A stretch of 64,000 bases of DNA from Opitutales bacterium (GCA_049599475.1 JBMYOQ010000007.1:49800-113799); one strand, 5' to 3'; positions 1 through 11,090 are shown, numbered from the stretch's first letter. Notes: generated from the sequence alone by a model not told the origin. Program-made: numbers and translations.

Positions 1-321
1 TGAGTAATCCGTGGTGTCTTCTGGAATGGGAGGCTCGTCACCGCCTGATTGCGCCGCTGCGCCTTTCTCGAGTTTCCAGGCATTGAGATTTACATAGTAG
101 CGACCGTTGTATTCGCGCCCCGCGATATCGAAATGGACGGTCACCTCTTCGCCCTCCTTTACATCGTCGAGCATGGATGTCTTGTCCTTCAAAGCTCCGA
201 AGCACAGATCCTGCGGATACTTGTCGGGCACAGTTACCACGAATTCACGCTTCGTGAATCCGCTGTTGAAAGTCTGCATATCAAAAATCTTCTTTACGGT
301 ACCAGAGGTGGAATAAGCCAT
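1..321 (-). CDS. DUF3127 family OB-fold/SSB-like protein (3' end runs off window)
   Basis: Not in ORF track; my translation from ATG at 321: [41 protein letters not shown]...[26 protein letters not shown] plus acidic tail; typical DUF3127 pattern. Confidence 0.8.
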   Translation of the reverse strand, partial: MAYSTSGTVKKIFDMQTFNSGFTKREFVVTVPDKYPQDLCFGALKDKTSMLDDVKEGEEVTVHFDIAGREYNGRYYVNLNAWKLEKGAAAQSGGDEPPIPEDTTDYS

Positions 322-487
322 TGGTCTAGCCAAGCAGCTTCACGAAAACTGCCAAGCGCGGAATCGTGAAAAATGAGTTTGCAGGGAATGGGCTAGCCGA
401 AGTGAGGCTAGGCTCCAGGTGTTCAGAAAAATCATTTTCGATCCAATTGATCGGCTAGAGCCGCATAAAACACCGATACGACACTTA

Positions 488-2389
488 CTAGTTGAGGTTT
501 TCTCCTAAAAACTCGAGCACGCGCTCGTAGTATTTGATCCGGTTTTTCATCGATGCGACACCATGTTGCTCTGCGGGAAGGTAGAGGGTTTCCGGCGTGT
601 TTCCGGCTGATTTTAGTGCACTCGCCATGTCTCGAGTTTGTTCTACGTCGACAACGCGATCCGCCTTACCATGAGCAAGGAGAACAGGCTTGTTTATTTT
701 GTGGGCGTTGTGCCTTGGCGAAATTGATCGGATGTAGTTTTGCTCCTCATCGGGATCTCCGAGGATTTCGACCCACTTGTCATAGGCGTAAGTCCCCTGT
801 CTATGTTTCCAAAACGAATCCTGCCAGTTCTCAATCTGTTCTTCCATATCGAACACTCCCGCATAGGAGATGGAGCACTGGAACAAACCGGGCTCGAACA
901 TCTGCGCGGCGACGGATGCGTAGCCTCCGAAACTGGCTCCCATGATCGCTAATCGATTACCGTCGATCCACCCTTTCTTCACGAGCTGTTGGGTGCCGTC
1001 TGCGACATCTTTCACCATGTCTTCGAAGTCACCACTATATCTGCCCGAATTCGATCTGCCGTATCCTGAGGATCCTCTAAAGTTTAGCTGAAAGACTGCG
1101 TAGCCTCTGTTTGCGAGCAATTGAACTTCCTCGTCATATCCCCATGTGTCGCGTGACCAGGGGCCCCCATGAACAAGTGCGACCATCGGATAGGGTCCTG
1201 CGCTGGGAGGACCTGGGAGCGTGAGGTAGCTTTGTAGTTGTACGCCATCGCGCATTTTCAGGCCGAGCGCGTATTGTTGATTTAAAAGAGCCTTATCGAT
1301 GTCTGAATTCTTCTCTAGCTCAAAAACCAGTGCTTTTTTCGATAGATCGATCACGCGATATATGCCTGGATGCCGATCAGACATCGAGTAAATCAAAATG
1401 CGATTCTTTGATTTAGAAAAACTGGTGATGCGATTGATCGTATCGGGAAACAGTTGGTCTACGGAATTTTGTATGGCTTCCATATCGCGATCGAACCAGA
1501 CGGTAGTAGGTCGTTTCTTATGGTAGTTTAATCCTAAAACTTCACCGGTGTATGGTGATTGTACGAGATAACTCGTATCCCAAATATCGAATTCTTCATC
1601 TGACCACACTTTGGTGACTTCTTGGTTGCCCGTTAGAGAGACGGAAAATAGGGAGGCATTGTTGGCGTCGCTCTCATAGGCGTTTATCCAAAATGTTTTT
1701 GCCTAGCGATCATAGCCGAGCGTTTCATATCGGGTTCCGACATCGTTGAGCTTGTCGAATAGGTGCCACGTCCCTTTCGCTTCATCGTGGTAGTAGACAT
1801 CGATTTCTCCTTCCTTGTAAATCACTGAACATGCAAGGTCGCCCTTTCCATCGGACCACCAGCTCAACTGTTTGCCGCCGATTTGATCGGCACTATCTAG
1901 TTTGCGAGTATGACCATTTTTTGCATTAAAGTTTACGGTTCTCGGGTTACCGGAGACTGTTGAGTAGAGTCGTGTGAGCAGAAGACTCTCATCGCCTGGA
2001 AGAGGCTCTAGAATACCCAGTCCATCATACTGATTAAGCATCCTTACTTTACGAGAACCTGCTTTGGCAACGAACAAGCCGCCTGCGTATTTGTTCTTTA
2101 AAAGCAGGTTGAACGCTACCAATTCGTCACTCACCCAGTGTATGGTATTTACATCATCGCTATTGCTGCCTTTTAGCTTCTGAGCATCATTTTTCTCGAG
2201 ATCCCAAATGATTGCATCGATCCGGTCTTTGGATGGGTATTTGAATGCAATGTAGTCTCCATTTGGGGACAACTCGGCCCCAGCAATTGAGTCGGGTTTG
2301 AACAAGTCCTCTAGCTCCATGGTTTTGGCGCTGCAGTGCAACGCCGCGCAGACTCCAAAGAGGTACAATAGTTTGTTAAAAGTTCTCAT
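488..2389 (-). pseudogene. S9 family (prolyl oligopeptidase/acylaminoacyl peptidase) with signal peptide, interrupted by one in-frame TAG at 1703-1705
   Basis: ORFs 1703..2389 and 488..1609 share a frame; the intervening codons are open (YDR*AKTFWINAYESDANNASLFSVSLTGNQEVTKVWSD). Motifs HGGPW, GASFGG (nucleophile Ser), HGKADRVV, EQHG. Confidence 0.85.
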
Positions 2390-2449
2390 AACTTTGTTTC
2401 GGGTTTTAAAGCAATACAGCTAGCTATTCGTCTGCCAAACCTTGGATTC

Positions 2450-3553
2450 TTAACCCAGGCAGCGTATTGCTGTTTCGCGCATTACGGTGTGTTGCTCTGT
2501 GGGTCGGCTGAGGATCTGCTCGAAGGCTTTGGAAAACTCTAATTGGAAGTCGATGAGCTTCTTGAGTTTGAGGCGTTCTGCGGTCTTTGCCAGCATGCCG
2601 ACATACCAGGCGTTTTGCGTGAAAATGTTAAAGCCGCTTTTGGTGTTATCCGATCCGAAAGCAGTTCCATAGCGGCGCTGAGCGGATTCCCAGGAGGATT
2701 TATCAACACCGCCGCGTGGGCCACCGCTGAGCCGGATGGCCTTGGCGTCGAGCAGGGTGCGGATCTGGATGAGCAGGCGGTTGCGGCCTTGGAGGTTGCT
2801 GATGAGGCCCCGGGCATCGCTAAATGTGAAGAAATGGCGATCGAGGGCTATCAGTGTTTTCTTGAGATCTAAGGTGTAGAAAGCTTCAGCCGCTTCGAAG
2901 AAATCGGTGTCTCCAAAAACGGGAACATGCTCGTGGATATGTTCTTCGCTCACAGTCCCTCCTGGGCCTACCATGGTGGCCACTTTCGCAGTCTCGTTTT
3001 CGACCACGCGGGCATTGCCGGAAACCTTGGCGATGAGAATTTCGCGCGCGTTTCCGGAGAAGGTGACTTTGGCTTCGTTTGCGATCTTCTCGATCAAAGC
3101 ATAGAGCGGCCCCAGGTTTTTGCCATCGAAAGCTAGGTGGTCGCCTTTACCCTGTTTAAAGAACCATTTGTATCCAGCTCTTCGGCGATCTACGGGGGTC
3201 GCTGAGATGAGTAGGCGAGCGCTTTCACCATCTAGAGTATCTATGGTTGACTTCAGGCGGTCCAGGAGATCTTGAGTTCCTTGGGCGCGGCCTGTTACAG
3301 AGTCGGCAAAAAAGTTAGCGTTGCGGATCCAGACAAGTTTTGCGCCTCCGAAAAGGGACATTGCTTGTAGGCTTCCGACCGCTTGAGATATGACGCTGTC
3401 GACGTCGCTCACGTTGTTCGCGCGTCCGTCGATGATCTCAATAGAGTATTCATCGGCACCCGTCTCGGCGATCCAGGTATCCCATGTCTCCTTCGCTCGC
3501 TGCGTGAGCAAGTAGTCATCATCGCCGGAATAAAACTGGAATCCATTCGCCAT
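2450..3553 (-). CDS. holA: DNA polymerase III subunit delta
   Basis: N-terminal FYSGDDDYL, SLFGGAKLVWIRNA, VDRRR, ENETAKV pattern; ATG at 3553 preferred over ORF start 3592. Confidence 0.8.
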   Translation of the reverse strand: MANGFQFYSGDDDYLLTQRAKETWDTWIAETGADEYSIEIIDGRANNVSDVDSVISQAVGSLQAMSLFGGAKLVWIRNANFFADSVTGRAQGTQDLLDRLKSTIDTLDGESARLLISATPVDRRRAGYKWFFKQGKGDHLAFDGKNLGPLYALIEKIANEAKVTFSGNAREILIAKVSGNARVVENETAKVATMVGPGGTVSEEHIHEHVPVFGDTDFFEAAEAFYTLDLKKTLIALDRHFFTFSDARGLISNLQGRNRLLIQIRTLLDAKAIRLSGGPRGGVDKSSWESAQRRYGTAFGSDNTKSGFNIFTQNAWYVGMLAKTAERLKLKKLIDFQLEFSKAFEQILSRPTEQHTVMRETAIRCLG

Positions 3554-3753
3554 TAGATCCAGAAGGCTGTGGATCGCTGAGTCGCCGATCAAGGATTAAG
3601 GGGCCGAATGCCGCGAAAACGCTTTTTCCACCGTTCGGAGAACCGCGGCTACCCTTATTTTGCTCTGATAGTATCCATATTCGAGCGTCCGTGCTTTTGC
3701 TCCGGCAATTACGGACATAGCTTCCGTTACGCGATCCGTGGACTCCAACAACC

Positions 3754-4812
3754 CTACGAATTGGGTTCTTCTTCTGGAGCTTCGGGCTCGGGCTTTACCA
3801 CAAATTGTTCGAGGCTCTCGGGGAGTTGCTCGAAGTTGAAACTGGTGATTTCCAGAGCGTATTTTGCGAAGATGTCTGTCCAGAGAGGTGATGCTTTGGT
3901 TTGCTCGACGATGAGGTAGGGGGTGCCGGCAGGGATGTCCTCTTGAGGATCCTCGGCTGATTCCTCCGAAGCGTCCGCTTCGTTTTCCTCTTTTTCGGGT
4001 GCTTTTACTTCGGGGCGACGGCCGAATTTGAAGGTGAAGCTTTCGCCGGATTCAAGGGTGACGGAGTAGGTCATCGCGTGTTCCATAGCCTCGGCCACTT
4101 CTGCGTTTCCTATGGGGGCGAGATCCTGGAAGCGGAGATTCGTTAGGCGGCTAAAGGCGGTTTTCAACTCGGTTTGCTCCAGTGCCGATTCAGATCCAGC
4201 AATAGAGAAATCGGTCTCTGCATTTTCCCTTTCGAATGTGTAGTCTGAATTTGAAATAGCGGTGACGGAATCCCATTCGAAATCCCAGGCGGTGCTCACG
4301 GACCAGTCTTCGGGATCTGTTTGGATGAAGGGTTTTTCCTCTGCGAGCACTACTTTGCTGCTTCGATCCACTCGAGTGAAGTAGCCTTGAGTGTTGCCTT
4401 CTTTGCCGAAGGAAATGTCGGCGAGCGTTTCTTCTCCCTTTTGGAAGACGACTCGGGTTTTGCCGATGTTGAGCGTTTGGATTCGGTCGGGATTGTCCGT
4501 GACCGCGCGAATGATTTTAGAGTCTGCAAGCTCGTTCACCAAATCGCTGATCTTGCTGAAATCTGCAGGGAGGCCATAGCGGCCGGGGACGGTCCAATCA
4601 TCGCCACTTTTGGTGATCTCCACAGAAGGGCTGTCTGATTGGTCTTCGAATACTTGAATCGTGTTGGCCTCGGCTATCGTCTGTGTGTCGAGCAGGCCTT
4701 CTCCAACGAGCTCAGATTGGATCGGGCCACCTTTGGACGCTTGGGCGATCCAGAGAATACCTGCGATCACGGCGAGCACTGCGGTTAGTATGCTGATGTT
4801 TTTCAGGTTCAT
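3754..4812 (-). CDS. DUF4340 domain protein (ABC accessory, N-terminal membrane anchor)
   Basis: N-terminal TM, 'W.V...GLPADFSKISDLVNEL' motif, last gene of a GldA/F/G-type operon. Confidence 0.7.
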   Translation of the reverse strand: MNLKNISILTAVLAVIAGILWIAQASKGGPIQSELVGEGLLDTQTIAEANTIQVFEDQSDSPSVEITKSGDDWTVPGRYGLPADFSKISDLVNELADSKIIRAVTDNPDRIQTLNIGKTRVVFQKGEETLADISFGKEGNTQGYFTRVDRSSKVVLAEEKPFIQTDPEDWSVSTAWDFEWDSVTAISNSDYTFERENAETDFSIAGSESALEQTELKTAFSRLTNLRFQDLAPIGNAEVAEAMEHAMTYSVTLESGESFTFKFGRRPEVKAPEKEENEADASEESAEDPQEDIPAGTPYLIVEQTKASPLWTDIFAKYALEITSFNFEQLPESLEQFVVKPEPEAPEEEPNS

Positions 4813-4845
4813 TTTCCGAAATTGGGTAAAGTGTGTAAGTGGGGT

Positions 4846-6741
4846 TTAACTTTCGCGCTTTCCGCGACGTCCGAAGTAGAATGCGCCTAGGGCGAGCACG
4901 ATGACGGGGCCTGCCACCAGGTTTATCGATGCGAGGGTAATCTCGAGGGCTTCGATATCCTCGCGCATGGTTTTGCGGATCTCACGCAGGTTGCTGCGGA
5001 GGTTGGCTTCGTCATTGCGCAGATTTTCTATGGCTTCGAGGACTTCGGGAGTTGCGATTAACAGGCGTTGATCTGCCTGCTGAGATTGTAGCTGCTGGAG
5101 CTGTTGCGTGGTCTCGCGCATCTTGTTTTCAATCTCTTCGGCGGCCGCCTGAAATTTCTCCTGTGCCGCGAGTTCCATTTCCTCAACGCGGGTAAACGTG
5201 CGGAAATTGCTCCCCTTACCTCGAATGCCCATGAGCTGATTGCCTCCGGCGAGGTAGTCGACGATGTTGGAGAAGAACGCCAAGTTGTCATTCATCGGTT
5301 GGTAGGTCTCCATGCCGGGAAGGAAGCTCACGCGCTGGGCGACAAACTGGTCGAAGATCAAGTCCGAGTCACTGAGTACAAAGATCTGCGCATTCTCGGT
5401 CGATTGCACGAAATCCATATCTACCAAGGGCTCGATGGTGAATTGCGTGAGGTCTTCGTCGCCAGTCTCTTCTTCCGGTTTACCTTCAGGAAATGCGGAT
5501 TTGAGTGACCCCGAAAACCGTGCGGCGACGACGCGTTGCTCACCATCGGTAAGAATCTGACGCGGCAGTTGCGATGGTTGCACGAACTGTAGGGCGTTGG
5601 CCATCATTTGACCCGAGCGTTCGGAAGTCTTTAGCAGAGCTTCCATTTCGAGGGTAGATTCGGAATTGAGCCCAAGGCTTCCAGCCTCAAAGACCCAGAT
5701 GTCCTGAAGCTGTGCCATGATGGGCGATTCGGAGTCTATATCGTTGATCGAAATAAAAGTCGGATTGCGGAATGGGAGACCATTGGCACCTGCACCTGTT
5801 TCCAAACCGTTGACGAGATCTCCGACAACATCGGAGCTCGAGAAATCAATTCCGTAGGCCTCAGTAAGTGCGTCCAGATTACTTGGACTGATCCCAGGAG
5901 GGCCGGCCATTGGATTGCTGGGCTGTTGGCTGAGGCGTTGATATGTGGACGAAGGATCGATCGCGAAGAGGGCAGGGCGACCGTTCATGATGTATTGGTC
6001 AATAGCGTAAAGGGCGGCTTCTCCCAAAGGCGACGGGTGTATCACTGCCAATACATCGATGTCGTTAGGAATTTCGGTGAGAGATGCTTCCAAGAATTCC
6101 AGGTCGTAGGTGCGCTGAAGCTCTTGAACGATGAGCCATGGTTCGCTGCCTTGCTGGGGCATTCCCATCATTGCTGGCATTTGTGGGGTGCCTTCCATTT
6201 CGCTGAGGCTGGTCAGAATCCCGAGTTTCGGCTTCAGCAGGCGTGTAGACTCGTAGATGATTCGAGAGATATCGTACTCTAGGTAGCTCTCACGCTGCGG
6301 CTGGAAGAAGGGAATGGTGGCCTCTTGGTCTGCCTGAAAGACATGCAGGCCGAGCATGATATTGTCGCCACTGGGCAAAGTCTGGCGATTGAGTCCAATG
6401 CGAATCGCAGCTTCCTCCTCTTCGGTGTCAGGGCGTGGGTCGATCGACTCAAACTCTACCATGGCTCCCCCGATGCGGGCGTATTGACCTAGCAAAGCCT
6501 TCACGCGCTCGGCGAAGTTTTGAAACGATACCGGCAGTCCCTCGGATGACTCCGTGTAATAAAGGCGGATGTAAACAGGTTCTTCCAATTCCTCGAGCAG
6601 GGCACGTGAGCCCTCCGAGAGCGTATATTGATTTTCCGATGTAAGATCCCATTGGCCAGGAATCATCCGGCCAATCCAGTTGAGCAGGACGAAGCAAACG
6701 AGCAACAGTCCCATAAGAATCCATTTTTGTGACTTATTCAT
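4846..6741 (-). CDS. GldG-family ABC transporter auxiliary component
   Basis: WDLTSENQYTLSEGS, FESIDP, LEYDISRII, IDQYIMNG, NLAFFSNIVDYL; C-terminal coiled coil and TM. Confidence 0.85.
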   Translation of the reverse strand: MNKSQKWILMGLLLVCFVLLNWIGRMIPGQWDLTSENQYTLSEGSRALLEELEEPVYIRLYYTESSEGLPVSFQNFAERVKALLGQYARIGGAMVEFESIDPRPDTEEEEAAIRIGLNRQTLPSGDNIMLGLHVFQADQEATIPFFQPQRESYLEYDISRIIYESTRLLKPKLGILTSLSEMEGTPQMPAMMGMPQQGSEPWLIVQELQRTYDLEFLEASLTEIPNDIDVLAVIHPSPLGEAALYAIDQYIMNGRPALFAIDPSSTYQRLSQQPSNPMAGPPGISPSNLDALTEAYGIDFSSSDVVGDLVNGLETGAGANGLPFRNPTFISINDIDSESPIMAQLQDIWVFEAGSLGLNSESTLEMEALLKTSERSGQMMANALQFVQPSQLPRQILTDGEQRVVAARFSGSLKSAFPEGKPEEETGDEDLTQFTIEPLVDMDFVQSTENAQIFVLSDSDLIFDQFVAQRVSFLPGMETYQPMNDNLAFFSNIVDYLAGGNQLMGIRGKGSNFRTFTRVEEMELAAQEKFQAAAEEIENKMRETTQQLQQLQSQQADQRLLIATPEVLEAIENLRNDEANLRSNLREIRKTMREDIEALEITLASINLVAGPVIVLALGAFYFGRRGKRES

Positions 6742-6760
6742 TTCTTAGGATAGATGGGTG

Positions 6761-7486
6761 TTAGCGTTCGAGAACCAAGATGTTGATGGACAGACACAGA
6801 AAGGTGACTGCTGCGAAGAAGCAGATACTGCCGGCAGTGATGAGACCCGAGGCCATAAGGTCGAAGTGGTAGGTCACGCTCAGGCTGGAAATCAGTCCGA
6901 CGATTTCGGCGGGCACTTGTAGGTTTTCCAAAAGGGAATTGAAGGGGCCAAAGCCTAGGAGGACCAAAACCAGGCAGATGATAACACTCAGGACGAAGGC
7001 AATGACCTGGTTTCGCGTGAGCGAAGAGGCGAGGGAACAGATGCTCAAGAAAGCAGCCGCAGTGAATGCCGCGCCTAGGTATCCGCTAAACATCGGGCCT
7101 AAATCTGGAGAACCGAGATAAAAGACGGTCGCCGGGACGGTGAGTGTGAGTGCTAGATTGATCCCAACGAATGCCCACGCTGCCAGGAATTTGCCGATCA
7201 CGGCTTCGGATGGACTGATCGGGCTGGTAAACAGGATTTCCCAGGTCCCTGATCGAATCTCTTCAGACCAGAGGCGCATACCGACCGCGGGGATCTTGAA
7301 CATGAAGACCCAGGGTAGGAAGGTGAAAAAGATCTCGAGCGAGGCTTGATTCGCGTCGAAAAAACGGCCGATGAACCAGGGCAGGCCCACTGCCGACAAG
7401 ATAAACGCGGCCATGAATACGTAGGCCACTGGCGTGCGGAAATAGCCCATGAATTCACGCCAAAAGATTGCAGAAACTCCGTTCAT
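6761..7486 (-). CDS. ABC-2 type permease (GldF-like)
   Basis: REFMGYFRTPVAY, MRLWSEEIRSGTWEILFTSP, GKFLA; about 6 TM segments. Confidence 0.88.
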   Translation of the reverse strand: MNGVSAIFWREFMGYFRTPVAYVFMAAFILSAVGLPWFIGRFFDANQASLEIFFTFLPWVFMFKIPAVGMRLWSEEIRSGTWEILFTSPISPSEAVIGKFLAAWAFVGINLALTLTVPATVFYLGSPDLGPMFSGYLGAAFTAAAFLSICSLASSLTRNQVIAFVLSVIICLVLVLLGFGPFNSLLENLQVPAEIVGLISSLSVTYHFDLMASGLITAGSICFFAAVTFLCLSINILVLER

Positions 7487-7516
7487 AATCGTGAAAAGGT
7501 TTTATATGATTGGCAC

Positions 7517-8446
7517 CTACGCGGCGTCTTTTTGGGTCATGCTACGGAAAACATCCTCAAGCCTTGGGCGTGCGAGTTCGACGCGCTCGAGCTGGATCTT
7601 CTTTTCCGTCACGGTCGAAAGCACTTTGCTCTGGATATCCTGACCATCTGCGGGTGAAAGCACGAGAAGCTGTTTCTTGGGGCGGCGGACTTTCTTGATC
7701 CAATTCACGCCCTGAATCGCAGTTTCAAAGGCTTTAAGGGACTCCTCACTGCCCTGAAGGGTAAGCTCGTTATACTGCGGGTGCTTCTTGAGAAGGTCTG
7801 CCGGAGTGGCATCTACCTTTACCGTTCCTCGGTCGATAATGATCACGCGATTACACATCGCGGAAACCTCTTCGAGAATATGCGTTGAAAGGATGATGGC
7901 CTTGTCTTTAGCCATTCCCGAAATCAACTTGCGCACCTCGTCTTTTTGGTTCGGGTCGAGGCCATCGGTGGGCTCATCAAGGATGAGACAGGGTGGATTG
8001 TGCAAGATAGCCTGTGCCAGCCCGACACGTTGGCGGTAGCCCTTACTTAAGGTATCTAGAGTTTGATAGACGAATCCATGCAGGTGGCAGGTCTCAATAG
8101 CCTCTTCGACTTTACTGGATTTCTGAGCCCCCGAAAGGCCACGCATATCTGCGGTAAAATTCAGAAACTCTGAAACGGTCATCTCTGGATAGAGAGGTCC
8201 GGTCTCCGGTAGGTAGCCAAGCTGACTCTTGGCGGATTTCGCTTCGGTCGCGACATTCTTCCCAGCGATGAACGCTTTGCCGGAAGTTGGGCGAAGGAAA
8301 CCGGTGAGCATTTTCATAGTGGTCGACTTCCCGGCGCCGTTGGGGCCGAGGAATCCGAGAATGTCACCTGGGTTTACTTCGAAGCTTACTTGGTTCACTG
8401 CGCGAAAGGCGCCGTAATCTTTGGTAAGGTTTTCTGCTCTTATCAT
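7517..8446 (-). CDS. ABC transporter ATP-binding protein (GldA-like)
   Basis: Walker A GPNGAGKST, signature LSKGYRQR, Walker B LILDEPT, H-loop STH. Confidence 0.92.
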   Translation of the reverse strand: MIRAENLTKDYGAFRAVNQVSFEVNPGDILGFLGPNGAGKSTTMKMLTGFLRPTSGKAFIAGKNVATEAKSAKSQLGYLPETGPLYPEMTVSEFLNFTADMRGLSGAQKSSKVEEAIETCHLHGFVYQTLDTLSKGYRQRVGLAQAILHNPPCLILDEPTDGLDPNQKDEVRKLISGMAKDKAIILSTHILEEVSAMCNRVIIIDRGTVKVDATPADLLKKHPQYNELTLQGSEESLKAFETAIQGVNWIKKVRRPKKQLLVLSPADGQDIQSKVLSTVTEKKIQLERVELARPRLEDVFRSMTQKDAA

Positions 8447-8788
8447 TGGGTATGTAGGGTCACTGAAACGTGGTATTGGACAGATGAAAATTTTCCTGTT
8501 CCGAAAAAAATCAACATTTTCTGTACGTTTTTTATCACCGAACAGACCGTTAGGGATTTTTCTGATTCTTTTTGCGAGTTGAGGCCAGTCGAAAACGAAG
8601 CCTCTTTTCGAAAGTCGCTGTTAGTAATCTATTTACGCGTTTCAGTAACGCTGAATCCCAGTGATAATGGTTTCTTAATACCTGATAATTAGGTGTTTAT
8701 GACAAATTTTTTAAGATTTAATGTTGTGCTTTCTTAAATTTTTTTTACGTTAGAGACAATCAAGCACAACCTCTGCTTTTTGCGAGTT

Positions 8789-9034
8789 ATGGGAAAACAC
8801 TTTAGCGAATTAAACGAAAAGATTAAAGCACTCCGTGGAATCAGCATGATCCAACGGACCTGGGCTGATGTAGCCTACATGATGAGTGAGGAAGATCGCT
8901 CACGCTACCTACTGATGCTAGACACCGCTAAGTTTTTCATGATGCGCAACAACTTTGTCCGTGTGAACCGCGAGTATCGCGTGATCCACAACTTTCTCCA
9001 GACCGTGCAGTCACGCGGTAAGGATACTGTATAA
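8789..9034 (+). CDS. small hypothetical protein (81 aa)
   Basis: ATG at 8789 after a long AT-rich intergenic region; ends 2 bp from lipB stop; no overlap with real genes. Confidence 0.6.
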   Translation: MGKHFSELNEKIKALRGISMIQRTWADVAYMMSEEDRSRYLLMLDTAKFFMMRNNFVRVNREYRVIHNFLQTVQSRGKDTV

Positions 9035-9036
9035 CT

Positions 9037-9717
9037 TTATCTCCAACTCTTCTCTCCCTCCAAAGCTCGCCTGAGTCCACTGAAGTGGCAGGCGAGCTTT
9101 ACTTTTGCCTCATTCAGAGTGGGAGCCTGGTCCATTTCTTTGGCCAAAGAGGTGACGGTGCCGTCGGTAATCCCGCAAGGCACGATGCCCGAAAAGTGGC
9201 CTAGGTTGGGATTCACGTTCAATGCGAAGCCGTGGTAGGTGATCCAGCTCTTCACGGCGACACCGATCGCGGCGACTTTGCGCTCACCAAACCAGATGCC
9301 TGTTTTGCCTTCGCGGCGCGTCCCCGATAGGCTAAAATCTGAAAGTGTCTGGATTAACAGGTCTTCAATGGCCCGCAGGACTGCATGAAGATCCCCTCGA
9401 GCTCGTGCATCGCAGATAACATACCCGACAATCTGTCCTGGCCCGTGGTAGGTGACATCTCCTCCGCGATTCGACTTGATGAGCTCAATTCCGTGCTGCT
9501 TGCGCGTGCTCTCATCCCAGATCAGATGCTGCTCAGCACCTTTCCGGGCTCCGAGCGTATACGTTGCAGGATGCTCGAGCAGAGCTAGGGTGTCTGGGCG
9601 TTTTCCCGCTTTGCGTTCCTCGACATATTGAAGCTGTCGAGACAAAGCTTCCGAGTAGTCCACGGTTCCCCAATCTTCGACAATCCACTCGTCTTTGAGC
9701 TGCTCAATTGTATCCAC
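9037..9717 (-). CDS. lipB: lipoyl(octanoyl) transferase
   Basis: LEHPATYTLG, RGGDVTYHGPGQIVGY, KVAAIG, HGFALNV, IVPCG. Confidence 0.96.
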   Translation of the reverse strand: MDTIEQLKDEWIVEDWGTVDYSEALSRQLQYVEERKAGKRPDTLALLEHPATYTLGARKGAEQHLIWDESTRKQHGIELIKSNRGGDVTYHGPGQIVGYVICDARARGDLHAVLRAIEDLLIQTLSDFSLSGTRREGKTGIWFGERKVAAIGVAVKSWITYHGFALNVNPNLGHFSGIVPCGITDGTVTSLAKEMDQAPTLNEAKVKLACHFSGLRRALEGEKSWR

Positions 9718-9803
9718 GGCTAAAGTGTCACCATGTCTCGCCGTGTTTCAAACATGAAACGAGGGCTTGTCCTTCATCAAACGCTACTACAAATTCCGCC
9801 GCG

Positions 9804-11090
9804 ATGCGTGTTCTGCTGACTTCCCATGGCTCCACTGGAGATATTTACCCTGTTATTAGACTGGGACGCGCTCTGGTCGACGCGGGCCACGAGGTAAAGT
9901 TTGCCACGGTTACGCTGTTTAAGGAGGAAATCGAGGCTGCCGGAGTCGAATACGTATATCTGCCCCCAGATTGGGACCAGTCGGGATTTGCCGAGGCGAT
10001 GCGCGATCTGGCTCAGGTGAAAGATAACCTCCAACTGTTAAAATCAATTTACGGGGAAGCAGTTCCCTATCTTCAAGAGATCATAACGAATCTCACTGAG
10101 CACATGCCGTGGTGTGATTTGATGGTGTCCAGCTACGTCTTTTCGCCGCTCAAATCTCTGGCTGATAAATTTCATAAGCCTTTTGCTACGCAGCTGTTTG
10201 TGCATGATTTTATCCCCTCCCGGCGCGTTACTCCGCACCCCATTTGGGGGCTACGAGGTTGGCCGCGGGGAGTGCAGGATGCCTGGAATGCGATGTGGTG
10301 GCGTATCATCGACCGGGTACTCGTGAGTGCGATTCATGAGGTGTTGGGCACTGAGCTCAAGGCCGCGGGTCTAAAACTACCTGAGAGTTTTCTGCAACAT
10401 CCGGCAAATTTGAGCCTTGTGACACTCTCCGGTGATCTCTTTCGCCCAGAATTTGAGGAGCATCCGGATCAGTTCCAGTATTCCGGCTACCTGCGCTGGC
10501 AGGCGAAGGAAGATCCCGAGTTGGATAAGGAAGTCGAAGCCTTCACTGAGGGCGAGCCCGTCCCGATTTTAACATTTGGTTCGGTGACTTTCGAAAAACA
10601 GCGCCGCGTGATGTCGCGCTTCATGAAGCATTGGCCCAAAGGCAAAAAGATTATCGTCCAGGAGGGCTGGGCGGGGCTGACTGTTGCTCGACCTCGACCC
10701 GAAATCAAAGTCGTCGGCAAGGTGTCGCACGACCAGTTGTTTAAGCACGCCTCAGTGATCATCCACCACGGAGGATCGGGGACGACGGGAACCGCCTTTC
10801 ACGCCGGGAAGCCACAGATCGTGATTCCGCATTTCGGCGATCAATACTTCTTTGGAGATGAGGTAGAACGCCTCGGCTGCGGTTATCATTTGAAGCGCCG
10901 CCGCTGGCCAGAAAATCTACCGAGCGTAATCCGTAAAATTCACCGGCATACCCGGTTTGCCGATCGAGCTAAAGAAGTCGCCGACATCTTGGCCAAGGAA
11001 GATGGACCCGGAAATGCCGCTAAGATTCTCGAAAAATACGCCGAAGAAGAGCAGGAGCGGATCGACGAAGCGGTCGGGGAGGAAAGGTAG
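9804..11090 (+). CDS. GT1/GT28-type glycosyltransferase (sterol/lipid glucosyltransferase-like)
   Basis: MRVLLTSHGSTGDIYP, HHGGSGTT, PHFGDQYF; ATG at 9804. Confidence 0.88.
   Translation: MRVLLTSHGSTGDIYPVIRLGRALVDAGHEVKFATVTLFKEEIEAAGVEYVYLPPDWDQSGFAEAMRDLAQVKDNLQLLKSIYGEAVPYLQEIITNLTEHMPWCDLMVSSYVFSPLKSLADKFHKPFATQLFVHDFIPSRRVTPHPIWGLRGWPRGVQDAWNAMWWRIIDRVLVSAIHEVLGTELKAAGLKLPESFLQHPANLSLVTLSGDLFRPEFEEHPDQFQYSGYLRWQAKEDPELDKEVEAFTEGEPVPILTFGSVTFEKQRRVMSRFMKHWPKGKKIIVQEGWAGLTVARPRPEIKVVGKVSHDQLFKHASVIIHHGGSGTTGTAFHAGKPQIVIPHFGDQYFFGDEVERLGCGYHLKRRRWPENLPSVIRKIHRHTRFADRAKEVADILAKEDGPGNAAKILEKYAEEEQERIDEAVGEER

Noticed and set aside
1703..1705. Pyrrolysine or genome-wide TAG recoding
   Set aside because: TAG is used as a normal stop by many intact genes here (e.g. 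ends at 11090, 12801, 39380, 49348); no pyl genes seen.
3754..8446. Gliding motility locus
   Set aside because: GldA/F/G-like ABC + DUF4340 operons are widespread outside gliding Bacteroidota; no other gld/spr genes are present.
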